A stretch of DNA of 64,000 nt from Terriglobia bacterium (GTDB taxonomy: Bacteria > Acidobacteriota > Terriglobia > Acidiferrales > UBA7541), in NCBI GenBank assembly GCA_033853375.1, contig JAWOLO010000211.1:266-64265 (forward strand), written 5' to 3'. Shown in pieces: positions 8,053-17,658 of this stretch. The notes under the pieces are model-generated. The model was given only the letters and a program-made list of their open reading frames with translations, made no database searches and was not told the origin of the DNA. Position numbers and translations under genes: made by a program. The stretch's first letter is position 1; every line of letters begins with the position of its first letter.

Positions 8053-9852
8053 ATGGCCACCGCGACTTTGACCAAGCCTGCAGCAAAGGGAGGCAGCTTC
8101 CTGCTGGAATCGCCGCAGGCGAGCGACGTATTTACGCCCGCCGATCTGAGCGACGACCAGAAACTGATGGGACAGACGGCGGAAGAATTTGTAGTGAAGG
8201 AAGTTTTGCCGCTGGTGAAGGACCTGGAAAACAAAAAGCCCGGCTTGATGACTTCGCTGGTGAAAAAGGCCGGAGAAGTGGGCCTGATGGGCGGCGGCGT
8301 GCCGGAAGAATTCGGCGGAGCGGGGCTCGACAAAATTGCCACAACCGTTTTGACGGAGAAGCTTTCGATTTACGGCGGGTTTGCGGTGACGCACGGGGCG
8401 CATGCGGGAATCGGGACGCTGCCGATCGTGTACTTCGGGACGGAAGCGCAGAAGAAAAAGTATTTGCCGAAACTGGCGACGGGTGAATGGATCGGTGCGT
8501 ATTGCCTTTCCGAGCCGCAAGCAGGTTCGGACTCGCAAAATTCGCTGACGCGCGCGGAGCTCAACAAGGAAGGCACGCACTACATCTTGAACGGGCAGAA
8601 GATGTGGATCACCAACGGCGGGTTCGCGGATGTGTACATCGTGTTCGCGAAAGTGAACGGCGAGAAATTCACGGCGTTCATCGTAGAGCGGACGTTTCCC
8701 GGCTTCAAGCCAGGGGCCGAAGAGCACAAGATGGGGATTCACGGGAGCTCGACGACGCCGATTTTCCTGGAAAACTGCAAAGTGCCGAAGGAAAACGTGC
8801 TGCACGAAATCGGGCGCGGGCACATTGTGGCGTTCAACATTTTGAACGCGGGGCGGTTCACGCTGGGCGCGTCGTGCGTGGGCGGAGCGAAAAACGTGCT
8901 GGCGACCGCGTCGAAGTACACGAAAGAGCGCAAAGCGTTTGGCAAGCAAATCGGCGACTTCGGGATGATGAGGGAAAAGCTGGCGGAGATGGCCATTCAG
9001 ATTCTGGCTGTGGAGTCGATGGTGTACCGCTCGGCGGGAAACATCGAAGGCGCGATGCACGCGGCCGCGGGATCGGGCGATAAAATTCAAAACACCATGA
9101 GGGTGCTGGAAGAGTACGCGATCGAAAGCTCGATTGCGAAAGTTTATGGCAGCGAGATGCTGGATTTCGTGGTGGACGAGGCAGTGCAGATTTTTGGCGG
9201 CTACGGCTTCCACGAAGAGTATCCCGTGTGCCGCGCGTACCGCGATTCGCGCGTCAACCGCATCTTCGAAGGGACGAACGAAATCAACCGCATGCTGATC
9301 ATCCAGATGCTGATGAAGCGGGCGATGGGCGGGCAACTGCCGCTGATTCCCGCGGCAATGAAGCTGGCGGATGAAATTCTAGCGGGGCCGTCGTTCGAAG
9401 AAGCGCCGGAAGGCGTGCTCGCGGATGAGGCGCGCGTGGTGGCCAATGCCAAGAAAATGTTTTTGCAGGCGGCCGGCGGGGCCGTGCAGAAATTCCGCGA
9501 GAAGCTGGCGGATGAGCAGGAATTGATCGGCGCGCTTTCGAACGTGGTTATGGAAGTCTACGCCATGGAGTCCTGCCTGCTTCGCGCGCAGAAAGCGGCG
9601 GCAACCAAAGGCGAAGCCGCTTCGCAGACGATGATCGACGGCGCGAGAGTGTTTATCAACGATGCCGCCGAACGCGTGGAGCGCGAAGCGCGGCGAGCCA
9701 TCGCTGCGGTGCAAGAAGGCGACATGCTGACCACACAAATGGCGGTGCTGAAGCGCTTTGCCAAACGCGCGCCGGTGAACACGATTGCGCTGCGGCGGAA
9801 AGTTGCCGCCGCTGTGCAGGCGCAGGACCGCTACCCATTCGAAGGGCGCTAG
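8053..9852 (+). CDS. Acyl-CoA dehydrogenase (long FadE-type)
   Basis: YCLSEPQAGSD, NGQKMWITNG, QIFGGYGF and RIFEGTNEINR motifs; GGAG RBS. Confidence 0.95.
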   Translation: MATATLTKPAAKGGSFLLESPQASDVFTPADLSDDQKLMGQTAEEFVVKEVLPLVKDLENKKPGLMTSLVKKAGEVGLMGGGVPEEFGGAGLDKIATTVLTEKLSIYGGFAVTHGAHAGIGTLPIVYFGTEAQKKKYLPKLATGEWIGAYCLSEPQAGSDSQNSLTRAELNKEGTHYILNGQKMWITNGGFADVYIVFAKVNGEKFTAFIVERTFPGFKPGAEEHKMGIHGSSTTPIFLENCKVPKENVLHEIGRGHIVAFNILNAGRFTLGASCVGGAKNVLATASKYTKERKAFGKQIGDFGMMREKLAEMAIQILAVESMVYRSAGNIEGAMHAAAGSGDKIQNTMRVLEEYAIESSIAKVYGSEMLDFVVDEAVQIFGGYGFHEEYPVCRAYRDSRVNRIFEGTNEINRMLIIQMLMKRAMGGQLPLIPAAMKLADEILAGPSFEEAPEGVLADEARVVANAKKMFLQAAGGAVQKFREKLADEQELIGALSNVVMEVYAMESCLLRAQKAAATKGEAASQTMIDGARVFINDAAERVEREARRAIAAVQEGDMLTTQMAVLKRFAKRAPVNTIALRRKVAAAVQAQDRYPFEGR

Positions 9853-10020
9853 CTCGACAAAACGAAAATTCGCTGCGCATTTACTCTTTGCTTAAACCGA
9901 TTTAGAACCCCGTATTGCGCAGAGCACACGCTCCAAACGTGTGTATAATGCCCCGCGGGGCCACCCATAAAATAATTCTAAGCAAGAAAATTCAATAGGA
10001 ACGCGAACGTACGAGCAGGA

Positions 10021-12867
10021 ATGCCCCGGAAGCCCCTGATCCTTGCCGCAGTCATTATCGCGCTGCATCTTCTTGAAGCAGCGACGCTCGGACCTTCCAC
10101 GACGGGATCACTCCTTGCTAACTTTCTACAGATCATTGCCTGCGGCTTTGCCGCGGTGATGGCGTTTGGCGCATCCCGCCGAGGACGCGGCTTGAGCCGT
10201 CCGCTTTGGCTGGTTGTGGGGCTGGGCATCTCCATCTGGGGCGTGGCCAACCTCGGTTGGATGTACTACGAGGTGGTGCTGCACACTGAACCGCCGCTGA
10301 CCTCCGCTGTGCGATTCCTTTTCGGCTTTGAAGACATGTTTCTCGCCATGGCCCTGTTCTTGGATCAGGACAAGGATTCTCCGCGGATTGATATGGAAGC
10401 AGTACTCGATTTCATTCAGATCAGCATCGTCTTCTTTTTCATTTTCGTAGAGTTTTATTTTTTGCCGGCGCACCGGCTGGACGAACACACCGCATTCCTG
10501 CGGGAGATGCGCGTAGAGAACCTAGAGGATGCTTTGGTGGCGACATTGGCTGGATTCCGGGCCTTGACTGCACGGAAGCAGCATATTCGCGAACTTTACC
10601 GGGGTTTGGCGCTGTTTCTTGTGACGCTGACGGTTTTCTCAGCAACCGCGCAGTATTTGCAAATGGTCCGGCCAGCGCCGACCGGAACCTTGCGGGATCT
10701 GCTTTGGACGTTGCCGCTTCTTTACGGAGCCTTATGGGCGGCCGGATGGAAGCCGAGCGCTGAAGAAGGAAGAGGGCCGCAGGTGCGGCGGAAAGCGCTG
10801 AGCGAGTTGCTGGTGACCAACGGCACGCTTGCGTTAGCGCCTTTGATCATCCTGTTCCAGGTAGCACAACTCGAAGCGGAATGGCGGGCACTTCGCTTCT
10901 CGCTTCTTGGAGTTTCCATCCTCTGTTATGCGGCGCGCCTGGCCATCAGCCAGCATTGCGAGGCAAAGAGCGCGAATGAAGCAATGACTCATGCGCTGGC
11001 GATGGATTCCGCGGTCGACGGAATCTCCATCGTGGGAAAGGAAGGCAAGCTTCTCTACGTAAATACGGCATTTGCCAAAATGATGCGTTTTGAGCAGGCG
11101 TCCGCGATGGCCGGGAAAAACTGGCGTGAAATTTACGATAAGAAAGATACGACGCTGCTCGAAGAGCATATTCGTGACTCGCTGAAAGAGACAGGCAAGT
11201 GGTCGGAGCAAGTGTCGCTCAGCCGGCGGGACGGTTCGCGAATTCCCGTGGAAATGACCATCACGGCGATGCCGGAGGGAGGCGCAGTATGCGTGGCCCG
11301 GGACATCAGCGAGCGCTTGAAGGCCGAGCGTGCCCACATTGAGACCGAAGCCAAGTACAAGATGTTCGTCGAGCAGGTGGCGGCAGTTAGTTATATCTCT
11401 GAAGTGGGCCTGCACGGGAAATGGCATTACGTAAGTCCGCAGGTGGAAGCGATTTTGGGTTACACGCAGGAGGAGTGGCAGGCCGACGCCGAGAATTGGA
11501 TTCTTCACGTTCATGAGGAAGATCATCCGGTCCTTGAGGCTGCGGAACAGAGCTTCAGGAAATCCAAGCGCTATCAGGCGGAGTACCGCCTAAAGCGCAA
11601 AGACGGCCGGATCATCTGGGTAAGCGACAACGCGGTTTTCGTGCCCGGAAGCGAAAGCCACCCGCTGATGGAAGGCATCATCGTCGATATTACAGAAAGG
11701 CGTGCGCTGGAAAACCAATTGCAGCAGGCGCGCCGAATGGAGGCCGTGGGCCGGCTCGCGGGAGGAGTGGCGCACGATTTTAACAACCTGCTGACGATCA
11801 TCAAGGGCTACGTGGAATTGGCGCTGAGCCGCGTTACGGCGCATCCCGAACTGCGAGGAAACATCCAGCAGATCGCCGACGCCGCTGAACGTGCCGTTAC
11901 GCTGGTGAGGCAACTCCTGGCGTTCAGCCGCAAGCAAGTCTTGAAACCGAAGGTACTGGACCTGAACATGATCGTTTTGAGCATGGACAAGATGGTGCGG
12001 CGCCTGGTGAGCGAAACCATCGAGATGAGAACGCTGGTGGAAAAGAATCTGGGAGCTGTGAAGGCCGACCCCGGGCAAATCGAGCAGGTGATCCTGAATT
12101 TAATTGTCAATGCGCGCGACGCCATGCCGGACGGGGGCAAGCTGTGGATTGAAACCAAAAACGTCGAGGTGGACGCCTCCCTTGCCAATGACCAGACGTC
12201 TTTCAACCCGGGACTCTACGTGATGCTGAGCGTAACGGATACCGGTGTGGGGATCAGCCCGGATACGCTCCCGCACATCTTCGAGCCTTTTTACACGACA
12301 AAAGAAAGCAGCCGAGGTACCGGCCTAGGCCTCTCGACGGTATACGGCATCGTCAAGCAAAGCGGCGGGCACATTATGGTCAATAGCGAGGTAGGGAAAG
12401 GAACCACCTTCAAAGTGTATTTGCCTCGAGTGGAAGAACGCGTCGAGGCGCCCCCGAAAGTGGAATGGAGTGCGACAGCCAATGGCAAGGGTATGGAAAC
12501 CATATTGCTCGTCGAGGATGAGCCCGCGGTGCGCGAGTTAGCGCGCATAGTGCTTTCCGAACAGGGATATACGGTGATTGAAGCGCAAAATTCCGAAGAC
12601 GCCGTGCGGCTAGCGGGAAAACATGGATCGGAAATTCATCTGCTGTTGACGGACGTGGTTATGCCGGGAATGAGCGGACATGATCTGGCGAAACATTTGA
12701 CGGCTCTACACACGAACCTCCGTGTGCTCTATATGTCCGGGTACACGTACAACGTGATAGCGGAAGATGGAACGCTTGAAGAAGGACTTTCTTTCCTGCA
12801 GAAACCTTTCACGCCGCAGGTGCTAAAACAAAAAGTGCGAGAGGCTCTGAGCGGCCCTATTCACTAG
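10021..12867 (+). CDS. Membrane-bound hybrid histidine kinase (multi-TM, 2 PAS, HisKA, HATPase, REC)
   Basis: GGVAHDFNN, NARDAM, DTGVG, GTGLGLS and TDVVMPG motifs. Confidence 0.95.
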   Translation: MPRKPLILAAVIIALHLLEAATLGPSTTGSLLANFLQIIACGFAAVMAFGASRRGRGLSRPLWLVVGLGISIWGVANLGWMYYEVVLHTEPPLTSAVRFLFGFEDMFLAMALFLDQDKDSPRIDMEAVLDFIQISIVFFFIFVEFYFLPAHRLDEHTAFLREMRVENLEDALVATLAGFRALTARKQHIRELYRGLALFLVTLTVFSATAQYLQMVRPAPTGTLRDLLWTLPLLYGALWAAGWKPSAEEGRGPQVRRKALSELLVTNGTLALAPLIILFQVAQLEAEWRALRFSLLGVSILCYAARLAISQHCEAKSANEAMTHALAMDSAVDGISIVGKEGKLLYVNTAFAKMMRFEQASAMAGKNWREIYDKKDTTLLEEHIRDSLKETGKWSEQVSLSRRDGSRIPVEMTITAMPEGGAVCVARDISERLKAERAHIETEAKYKMFVEQVAAVSYISEVGLHGKWHYVSPQVEAILGYTQEEWQADAENWILHVHEEDHPVLEAAEQSFRKSKRYQAEYRLKRKDGRIIWVSDNAVFVPGSESHPLMEGIIVDITERRALENQLQQARRMEAVGRLAGGVAHDFNNLLTIIKGYVELALSRVTAHPELRGNIQQIADAAERAVTLVRQLLAFSRKQVLKPKVLDLNMIVLSMDKMVRRLVSETIEMRTLVEKNLGAVKADPGQIEQVILNLIVNARDAMPDGGKLWIETKNVEVDASLANDQTSFNPGLYVMLSVTDTGVGISPDTLPHIFEPFYTTKESSRGTGLGLSTVYGIVKQSGGHIMVNSEVGKGTTFKVYLPRVEERVEAPPKVEWSATANGKGMETILLVEDEPAVRELARIVLSEQGYTVIEAQNSEDAVRLAGKHGSEIHLLLTDVVMPGMSGHDLAKHLTALHTNLRVLYMSGYTYNVIAEDGTLEEGLSFLQKPFTPQVLKQKVREALSGPIH

Positions 12868-12920
12868 GTTGAGCCCTGTTCGCAACTCGGCGGTGCAAGC
12901 TGCCAAAAGAAGCAACCACA

Positions 12921-13997
12921 TCAAGTCTTAATCTGTACTAGATCGACGGGAGTTGCGATCTGCGGCTCGCGGGTATTCCAACGCGAGGGATGAACGGATT
13001 TGCGCTTGAGACGGTTCATGAACGAGCCGACTCGAATAGAAGCGCCCACAAAATCGCCGACTTTCAACTCTCCAGCAACCTTTACTCCGCGCACCCAATG
13101 TAAACCCGTGCTGGCCATGCAGCCGCACTGTGAGCAGTCTGGCGCACCGCCAAAAACGCAGGGCTCGACGCGCGTGCGCAAATCCGCGGAGTAATTTGCG
13201 GACATTTTCGCAAAAAGGCAGTCCTTGGGGCTTTCCGGCGGACGAAGAAAAGCCTCGGCAATGCCTGCGTGGAATAACAGCTTTGGGTACTGCTTCGCCA
13301 GCGCGGTGAGTTGCGCGGCGGCAAATTCGCGATCTGCGGCTGTAAGCATTTCGGCGCTTTGCTCGTCCTTCTGAGGAGTGTAGAAGCTAGCCCAGATGCG
13401 GTTTACCTCCGGGCGCGAACTCCAAAAAAAAACGTAATCCTCGAAATAGCTCGGGCGTTCCAACATGGGCCGGGTAATGACCCAATGAATATTCACTTCG
13501 CGCCCGTAAATGTTCTTCAAAATGCGTTCATAGGTCGCCGGCTGGCGGCGAATATCATGGTGTTCCGGAAGCCCGTCTACGGAAACTGCGACGCGCACGC
13601 GCGGCAGCTTCATCCATTCTGCAGGGATGGAAATAACGCCGCTGGTGACTACCAATGTAAAAATGCTCTCGGCGCTAAGCGCCGGAAGAATCGCGCTCAA
13701 TTCGCGATGGCGGATCAGAGGCTCGCCGCCAACCAGGGAAACGTGCATCGGGCGATGTTTGCGCACCAGCTGCAGCACGCCGAGTACGAGGGCGTCGCCT
13801 CTGGCATCGCTGAGGTCGCGGAGTTGCACACCGCCCGCCAGATGCGATTCGCCATAGGCGTAGCAGCCAGGACAACTCAGGGGACACTCGCGGGTAATTT
13901 CAATCGAGAGCATCGGCAAATTGCCGCGCAAGATCCTGCCCCAGGCACGGAACACTTCACGCGCGGTCATACTTGGACTTGGTTTGGACATAGACAT
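12921..13997 (-). CDS. Radical SAM protein with Cys-rich C-terminus
   Basis: CPLSCPGC, GGEP and SVDG motifs; C-terminal CLF...CVFGGAPDCSQCGC. Confidence 0.9.
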   Translation of the reverse strand: MSMSKPSPSMTAREVFRAWGRILRGNLPMLSIEITRECPLSCPGCYAYGESHLAGGVQLRDLSDARGDALVLGVLQLVRKHRPMHVSLVGGEPLIRHRELSAILPALSAESIFTLVVTSGVISIPAEWMKLPRVRVAVSVDGLPEHHDIRRQPATYERILKNIYGREVNIHWVITRPMLERPSYFEDYVFFWSSRPEVNRIWASFYTPQKDEQSAEMLTAADREFAAAQLTALAKQYPKLLFHAGIAEAFLRPPESPKDCLFAKMSANYSADLRTRVEPCVFGGAPDCSQCGCMASTGLHWVRGVKVAGELKVGDFVGASIRVGSFMNRLKRKSVHPSRWNTREPQIATPVDLVQIKT

Positions 13998-14083
13998 GCT
14001 TCTTTGATGCCGCTGCAAGCGCACCGGCTGCTCCACAAGGTTTGTTCCGTCTTTTTTCTGAGTGAGGAGAACCTGGCCGGCGT

Positions 14084-15643
14084 TCAGGGTTGCGAAGGCG
14101 TCTCTGCGGCTTTGGGCTTGGCGATCGTGGAAAGCGTTTGCACGTTGAATTTCTTGTAGTCCGAATAGCGTGTTACGAAGCTTATCTTGAAACCTTTCAC
14201 CAACAAGACGCGGGCGCCAAGATGCCCTTCCATATAGGTGGGTAGCCAGACTTCATTGTTGATAAAGGCTTGCTCGAAAACGAAGCTCGTTCCTTTCTGC
14301 ACATTGGCAAGCAGGCCCCCCGCAATTCTTGCGTCGCTGACGAAATAGGCTTCCAAGCGCGCGACGTCATGAGCCTTTTCGTCTATCCAGACCACACCGG
14401 CAAGCTTTTGGACAATTTTTTCAGCAAGAGTGTGCGGCTTGAACTCGGGATTCGGCTCGAAATCAAAAACCAAGACGTCCTGACCACGGAAACGCTCGCG
14501 GCGCGGATTTACGAACTGGCAGGCACGTAAAAAGACCTCAATGCCCGGCTCATCTTTGTCTTTGCTTTCGTCTTTTCCTTGCTCCTTGGCTTTTTCTTCT
14601 TTAGCTTCTTTCTTGGCTTGACGCTTCTGGTGTTCCTCGATGCGCTTCCGGACGCTTTCGTTTTCCTTTTCTCGTTCTTTTTCGCTGAGCGGCTTGCCGT
14701 CTTTTTTCACCAGCGTGGTGATCTCATCGCCGTCCAGGTAGAAGAAAGTGGATTCGCGTGTCTCGCGCTTCTTCACTTTTCCGTTGCCGTCGTACTCGGT
14801 TTCTTCTTCCGTTTCGGTACCCGCGTAGTTTTCCTTGATCTTGTCGATGGCTTTCTGATTGTCATCAATTTCCTTGAAGAGAGTCTTGAGGTCCGGCAAT
14901 TTTACCTGGGACTTGATCGGGAAATCGAAGACGCGCTCGCCTATGGTGCCATTGACGATTGCGCGTGTCACAGTGATGTCGTATTTCGCGCCGTCGCGAT
15001 GCAGCTCAATTTTGTTCGGAAGCTTGACGCCCTCCACTGGCCGGTAGTCGTCGTAAAGGATTTCCTCTTCCACGCCGCCAACGGTTCCGGCCTCCTTCAC
15101 GATGAGGTGGGTCTGCAGGTCGAAGAACACGTGGCGTTTCATTCCAGTGGCGCTAGTTACTTCAAGTTCCAAAGCATCTTTGCCGCGAACTTGAGCGCTG
15201 CCTACAAACGCCAGCGCCATCTTCTCCTTCTTTGGATTTACGAGTCGTAAGTTGTAATACTGAGCGGCCGCTTCCAGCTGCATTCCCTCGGAGCCGACCA
15301 GTGTGCCGAGTTCGCCTCCGGCATCCCGGTGCCAGGCGGACTTGCCGTTGTAAGCCTCAATCAAGTTTTGGTCGCCCACAAGCAGTTCCATGTAATAGCG
15401 ATTGGGCAGTTTGGTATCGAGCGTGAAAGTGCCGGACTTTCCGTCGTCTGTCGTGAAGGCGCCTTCCAGCGACAGGGTATGAATTCTAGACAGCGCCCGG
15501 CCTCCGCCCGCTGCTTTGACATACTGTTCCGCAATCTTTGCCGGCTCCTGAGCGGCGGTTGGCCGCAACGTGGCAAGCCAACAAAGAAACGCTGCTCCAA
15601 AAAGACGCACTATGTAGAGACGACGAGGCGGAAGTGTTCTCAT
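14084..15643 (-). CDS. Secreted two-domain protein (LolA-like N-domain plus acidobacterial beta-rich C-domain)
   Basis: Signal peptide; YVKAAGG and YDDYRPVEGVKLP; C-domain GVVWIDE, EVWLP and YSDYKKF. Confidence 0.7.
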   Translation of the reverse strand: MRTLPPRRLYIVRLFGAAFLCWLATLRPTAAQEPAKIAEQYVKAAGGGRALSRIHTLSLEGAFTTDDGKSGTFTLDTKLPNRYYMELLVGDQNLIEAYNGKSAWHRDAGGELGTLVGSEGMQLEAAAQYYNLRLVNPKKEKMALAFVGSAQVRGKDALELEVTSATGMKRHVFFDLQTHLIVKEAGTVGGVEEEILYDDYRPVEGVKLPNKIELHRDGAKYDITVTRAIVNGTIGERVFDFPIKSQVKLPDLKTLFKEIDDNQKAIDKIKENYAGTETEEETEYDGNGKVKKRETRESTFFYLDGDEITTLVKKDGKPLSEKEREKENESVRKRIEEHQKRQAKKEAKEEKAKEQGKDESKDKDEPGIEVFLRACQFVNPRRERFRGQDVLVFDFEPNPEFKPHTLAEKIVQKLAGVVWIDEKAHDVARLEAYFVSDARIAGGLLANVQKGTSFVFEQAFINNEVWLPTYMEGHLGARVLLVKGFKISFVTRYSDYKKFNVQTLSTIAKPKAAETPSQP

Positions 15644-15704
15644 GGGGTTCTTTTTATACAACGCTCTATGCCCTGAAAAAGTTGCTGAAAAATGGAAGAA
15701 TTCG

Positions 15705-15758
15705 CGGTCTGTCCATAATTGGAAGACCGAAGGACTGGTTGTCCAGGTTGGAAGACCA
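15705..15758 (+). repeat. Two tandem near-identical hairpins upstream of the tail-tube gene
   Basis: CGGTCTGTCCATAATTGGAAGACCG and TGGTTGTCCAGGTTGGAAGACCA. Confidence 0.65.
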
Positions 15759-15793
15759 TGAAATCGCCAAAAGGCAAGGGAAGAGAGGAAAGC

Positions 15794-16231
15794 ATGGCAA
15801 AAGGGCACAGAATCGATCCCTATCTGAATTTCCGCTTTCGCGTGGAGATGGACGGGATCCAGCAGGCTGGATTCATGGAATGCACGGGCCTGGGATCGCA
15901 GGTAGAAGTCGTCGAATATCGCGAGGGCAGCGATCCCGCATCAGTTCGCAAACTGGCGGGAAAAGTCTCTTATCCGGATATTGTTCTGAAATGGGGCGTT
16001 ACTGACTCACAGGAACTCTACAAATGGCATTTGCAGGTGATCCAAGGAAACCTGGTGAGGAAAGACGGTGCTGTGATACTGCTGGATTCTCAGGGCAACG
16101 AGAAGTTGCGGTGGAATTTCTTCAGCGCGTGGCCAAGCAAGTGGACCGGGCCCACGCTGAACGCCAAGGGCAATGACGTGGCGATCGAGGAATTAACGCT
16201 TACTTGCGAGCGGCAGGAACAAGCCGCTTAG
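15794..16231 (+). CDS. T4 gp19-like / Afp1-5-type contractile tail tube protein (orphan)
   Basis: DPYLNFRFRVE, GFMECTGL, EYREG, LKWG, AWPSKWTGPTLNA and VAIEELTL motifs; GAGG RBS. Confidence 0.92.
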   Translation: MAKGHRIDPYLNFRFRVEMDGIQQAGFMECTGLGSQVEVVEYREGSDPASVRKLAGKVSYPDIVLKWGVTDSQELYKWHLQVIQGNLVRKDGAVILLDSQGNEKLRWNFFSAWPSKWTGPTLNAKGNDVAIEELTLTCERQEQAA

Positions 16232-16284
16232 GCGCGAACGGCCCCGCTCCGATCAGACAAGCCTGCTCGTGTCTAGCGTGGAGC

Positions 16285-17658
16285 TCAGTTCGAAGCTTTC
16301 GGCCGGTTCAAATACTTCTCATACAAGCGATGGTGTTTGTTTTCCATCGAAGTGAGTTGTCCTTTGATGAACAGATACTTCACATCAGTGGTCAATTCCA
16401 GCGGGTCGCCATTGGTGACGATCACGTTGGCGATTTTGCCTTGTTCGAGCGTACCGAGCTGGCCTCCCAAGCCAAAAATCTGCGCCGGATTAATGGTAAC
16501 GGCGCGCAACGCTTCCTCGTAGGACAAACCGTGCGCGACAGCGTTGGCGGCGTTTTGTCCCAGGCGCCGGGCGAAAGAATTATCGAAGCTGGCGATGGCA
16601 AACTTCACGCCGGCGGCTGCGAGTTCGGCGGGCTGCGTAAGCTCACGGTCATAGGGATCGTCTTCGTCCGGCGGAAGCGTGAGCATAGGCCGAAGAATGA
16701 CCGGGATGTCCTTCGAACGAAGGAGGTCCTTGACCTTATACGCTTCTTCGCCTCCGGCGAGGATCATTTTCAGCTTTTGCTTGTCGCAAAATTCGACGGC
16801 ATTGCGAATGTCGCGGGCGCGATTGGCAAACACCAGTACGGGCAGTTCGCCGCGAATGACGGGGGCGAGAGCTTCGAGCTTGAGGTCCCGGTCGTATTTC
16901 GAGACGGAACCCTTTTCCATCGCCTGCGCGTAGTGGCGGGCGCGGTCGAGCCAATCAGTGAGTTCATTGACCTGCTTGTCGTACTCCTGCTTAGCCTCGG
17001 TATACGGCTTTTCCTTGCGCGAGAAGGTGGCGAAATCAAAAGTCTCAGTTTGAATTTGCGGCCAATTGAGCGCCATGGCGGCGCTTTTCTTGATCAGCAT
17101 TTCGTCGATAGTCCAGCCGTCAAGATGAATTGCGGAAGCCTGGCCACCCAAAGTTCCCCGGCTACCGCCAAAATCGAAGCCGCCGCTAGCGGGAACCGCA
17201 AGGACTTCGGTGATGCCGGAAGCGCGCGTGACGGGAATGTGTTCGCTCGAGGGGGAAATCGCGGCTGCAGCGACAACGTCCGGGTTATAGCTTCCCGTTT
17301 CCGTGGTGTCGACGGTGGCATTGACGGCGCTGACTTCGCTCAAGCCCATCTGCGTAACGGCATCGAAGAGGCCGGGATAGACTTGCAATCCTTTCGCGTC
17401 AATTACCTGAGCGCCCGCGGGAACTTCCACGGTGGCGCCAACTGCGGCGATCTTGCCGTCACGGATCACCAGCGTTCCATCTTCAATCGGAGAGCCCGCG
17501 AGCGTGAAGATCTTTGCGTGCGTAATCGCGTAGACGGAAGGCGACTGTGTTTGCGCGCCAGCGGCAGGAGCGCAAAAAAGACAAATCAAACAAAGAAAGT
17601 TGAAGAAATAAAGCGGGCTGCGCGGACTGCGCGGCCGGGTGGCCTTTCTCTTTTTCAC
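16285..17658 (-). CDS. Secreted amidohydrolase-fold protein, metal ligands degenerate
   Basis: IDAKGLQVYPGLFDAVTQMG (no HxH); GTLEQGKIANVIV. Confidence 0.85.
   Translation of the reverse strand: MKKRKATRPRSPRSPLYFFNFLCLICLFCAPAAGAQTQSPSVYAITHAKIFTLAGSPIEDGTLVIRDGKIAAVGATVEVPAGAQVIDAKGLQVYPGLFDAVTQMGLSEVSAVNATVDTTETGSYNPDVVAAAAISPSSEHIPVTRASGITEVLAVPASGGFDFGGSRGTLGGQASAIHLDGWTIDEMLIKKSAAMALNWPQIQTETFDFATFSRKEKPYTEAKQEYDKQVNELTDWLDRARHYAQAMEKGSVSKYDRDLKLEALAPVIRGELPVLVFANRARDIRNAVEFCDKQKLKMILAGGEEAYKVKDLLRSKDIPVILRPMLTLPPDEDDPYDRELTQPAELAAAGVKFAIASFDNSFARRLGQNAANAVAHGLSYEEALRAVTINPAQIFGLGGQLGTLEQGKIANVIVTNGDPLELTTDVKYLFIKGQLTSMENKHHRLYEKYLNRPKASN

Noticed and set aside
8038-9336. 432-aa antisense ORF (also 16204-17688, 33819-34763, 38045-38968, 48070-48948)
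   Set aside because: Shadow ORFs opposite well-supported genes, expected from high-GC codon bias
13424-13432. A9 tract in the radical SAM gene as a phase-variation site
   Set aside because: In frame (VFFW), a single instance, with no evidence of length variation
15705-15758. Possible mini-CRISPR
   Set aside because: Only two units with a 6-nt gap and no cas genes; kept as a hairpin pair instead
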